Notes under the pieces: model-generated
Told to the model about the DNA's origin: nothing
What the model saw: the letters and a program-made list of their open reading frames with translations, nothing else
Databases searched by the model: none
Assembly: GCA_958296135.2 (NCBI GenBank)
Contig: CATQHZ020000001.1
Location: 4,096,001 to 4,160,000, forward strand
DNA: 64,000 nucleotides
Direction of reading: 5' to 3'
Source: an uncultured Poribacteria bacterium
GTDB taxonomy: Bacteria; Poribacteria; WGA-4E; WGA-3G
Made by a program: the position numbers and the translations under genes
Part shown: positions 61,903-64,000 of the stretch, piece by piece
How positions within the stretch are numbered: position 1 is the first letter of the stretch
Layout: each line of letters begins with the position of its first letter

Positions 61903-64000
61903 TTAGCCTTCGCTCCCATCTCCTAACTCATAATAACTGGTATGGCGGCTGTAGTAACCGTAGGTTTTGGCGTGCTTCGGATGAATCATGTTGCAAAGCA
62001 CGCCGATGCTTTTCGTGGGCAAGACTTCCGTGAGATGACGCACCCCAGTCAGCATATCAAACCGCCGCGTCTTCGTGATGTCAAACACGTAGACGACAGC
62101 ATCAACGATGGGGGCTAAAATCACCGCATCGGCGACAGCGCGCACCGGCGGCGAGTCAATCACTACTACATCGTATTCGGCGCGTGCCAATGCTAGCCAC
62201 TGCGACATCATATCGGAATTCAACAACTCGACCGGATTCGGCGGCACGGTGCCACCCGATACGAGATGCAGATTCGGAATACCCGTCGGCTTGACTGTCG
62301 CGTGGAACACATCGTCTCCGTTTGCCGCATCCATGCTGATGAGTGCCTCGCTTAATCCCGGCTTCCGAATAGCAAGGGAGGTTGACGTTGTCTCTTCTGC
62401 TGCCGCGGTTTCTGTAGCAAACGTTTTGTGCTGCGAAGGACGGCGCATATCGGCATCGATGAGCAAGACCCGGGTGCCTTTCTGGGCCAATGCCACGGCG
62501 AGATTGGATGATACGGTGCTTTTCCCCTCCCCGCGCGTCGCGCTGGTGACAAGCACCGTTTTCAGCGCACTGCCGGGAGTCAGGAACGGCAATTTCGCCT
62601 GCAGCACCCGAAATGCCTCGGCAGCCCGCGAGTGGGGCGCGTCGTGAACGATGAGTTGCGGCTCCTTCCCCCGGACCCTTCTGCCTACGGAAGGGATGAC
62701 TCCGAGGAAACTCGGCGGATTCGGAAGCGATTCCAATTGCCGCACCGCCTCTTCTAAGCGCAGATAGGTATCTTGGAAATAATTCTTGGCCACGGCGAAC
62801 GTGAAGCCGAGCAACCCGCCGAGGAGTGCCCCTAAAACGAGGTTCAACTTCATCCGCGGCGCAATCGGTTCTTCCGACTCGCGTGCCATATCTAACACCT
62901 TGAGATTCTCGGTGCGCGCTTCGGCGACAATCTCCGACTCCCGCATCTTCGCTTCCAACGCAATAATCTGCGCGTTGTAAATTTCAACATCCCGCTTCAA
63001 CCGAAACAACTTGATTTGTTGCGCAGACCAGGTGCTGAGCTGCGCAATGTGCGCCGCAATCTGTGCTGAAACCTGATTCTTCTGCTCCGTGAGACTCTTA
63101 ATAGTTGCCTCTGCCTCGTTCACCTTCTCCGTGAGTGCTTGGTGCAGCGGGTTGTAAGCCGTCGTCGTGCTGTTAATCTGCTGCTCCTCCGCGGCGAGGC
63201 GTGCCTTCGTCTCCGCGATTTTGTTATCTAATGCCGCAACGTCCGGATGCGTCTCATCGTATTTGCCCATCATGCCTTGACGTTCAATTTCATACTCGTG
63301 CAGATTGTCGCGCAATTTGGAGTAAGAAGGGTTCGTCGCCACCGTCTCCGACACGAGGTTCTCTTCCACTTTCGCCAATTCCGCAGCGTATTCTTCCAGT
63401 TTCAACGCCGCGCCAGCCAAGAGCCCTATCAACTGATTCTCCTCCAATTGGAGTGCCAGAACGAGCTGCGCTTGTGTGCCTCCCTCCGCATTCAAGGTAA
63501 TCTCTGGATAGTCGCGCTGAAAATTAAACAGTTCCTCTTCCGCCGTTTTCAGGTTCTGTTGCGTCTCCTCCAGCATTGACTGCGGCAGCGGCTTCTCCCA
63601 CCAACGCATCTGCTCCTCTGTCTCTGCCTCCACTACCTGCTGAAAGACAGCGACGATTTTATTGCACAACTGCTGCGCGCGCGCCGGTGTCCGCTGTTTC
63701 ACGGTAACCGTAATCACGTTCCCATCCGATGACTCCTCAACCTTCAACTGCTCCTCAATGAGGGTTTTGATGAAAAAGTCTTCCCACTCCTCCACAGTGA
63801 GCTCTCCCTGTTCCGTCGCCCCCTGCGCCACGTCGATGTTGAACACGTTCGCTAGCCACACCAGCGTCCGCCCGCGATGGACAGGAAGAGGTTCCAGAAG
63901 TCCTTCTGCTCTTAATTGCCGCACCGCAGGCGCGATAACCAAATCGCGAGATTGCAACTGCGCCGCATACGCACCCAACGATGTCCCACCAAGAAGCCCC
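61903..64000 (-). CDS. Polysaccharide co-polymerase/tyrosine autokinase (Wzc/GumC-like), 5' end outside window
   Basis: Coiled coil with HPDV; AEAFR; Walker A GEGKST; IDADMRRP; IDSPP; Tyr-rich tail YGYYSRHTSYY. Confidence 0.9.
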   Translation of the reverse strand, partial: GLLGGTSLGAYAAQLQSRDLVIAPAVRQLRAEGLLEPLPVHRGRTLVWLANVFNIDVAQGATEQGELTVEEWEDFFIKTLIEEQLKVEESSDGNVITVTVKQRTPARAQQLCNKIVAVFQQVVEAETEEQMRWWEKPLPQSMLEETQQNLKTAEEELFNFQRDYPEITLNAEGGTQAQLVLALQLEENQLIGLLAGAALKLEEYAAELAKVEENLVSETVATNPSYSKLRDNLHEYEIERQGMMGKYDETHPDVAALDNKIAETKARLAAEEQQINSTTTAYNPLHQALTEKVNEAEATIKSLTEQKNQVSAQIAAHIAQLSTWSAQQIKLFRLKRDVEIYNAQIIALEAKMRESEIVAEARTENLKVLDMARESEEPIAPRMKLNLVLGALLGGLLGFTFAVAKNYFQDTYLRLEEAVRQLESLPNPPSFLGVIPSVGRRVRGKEPQLIVHDAPHSRAAEAFRVLQAKLPFLTPGSALKTVLVTSATRGEGKSTVSSNLAVALAQKGTRVLLIDADMRRPSQHKTFATETAAAEETTSTSLAIRKPGLSEALISMDAANGDDVFHATVKPTGIPNLHLVSGGTVPPNPVELLNSDMMSQWLALARAEYDVVVIDSPPVRAVADAVILAPIVDAVVYVFDITKTRRFDMLTGVRHLTEVLPTKSIGVLCNMIHPKHAKTYGYYSRHTSYYELGDGSEG

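Overview
Bacterial chromosomal window, probably from a Candidatus Poribacteria-like sponge symbiont. This is inferred from gene content: a LamG protein ending in VEPAGKLATTWGSVK, cohesin-dockerin-FlgD/T9SS-like secreted proteins, long LRR and TPR proteins, a CRTAC1/FG-GAP protein, two PhyH dioxygenases, a sulfatase and an archaeal-type pantoate kinase. It holds about 55 genes, mostly housekeeping, transport and surface proteins. I saw no rRNA, tRNA, CRISPR array or transposase. Most notable observations: (1) several families of GTAG-capped REP-like palindromes sit between genes, form a ~800 bp hierarchical array, host a nested 50-bp element, and are inserted in frame inside about 9 intact protein-coding genes; (2) a HigB toxin is paired with a HigA-like antitoxin that has TPRs in place of its HTH, and a VapC has an unusually large partner; (3) a DNA methyltransferase-nuclease fusion is frameshifted exactly at a G9 tract (candidate phase variation); (4) an alternating four-gene operon of C-type lectin proteins; (5) three candidate structured ncRNAs. 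All family calls are motif recognition by eye, not database hits.
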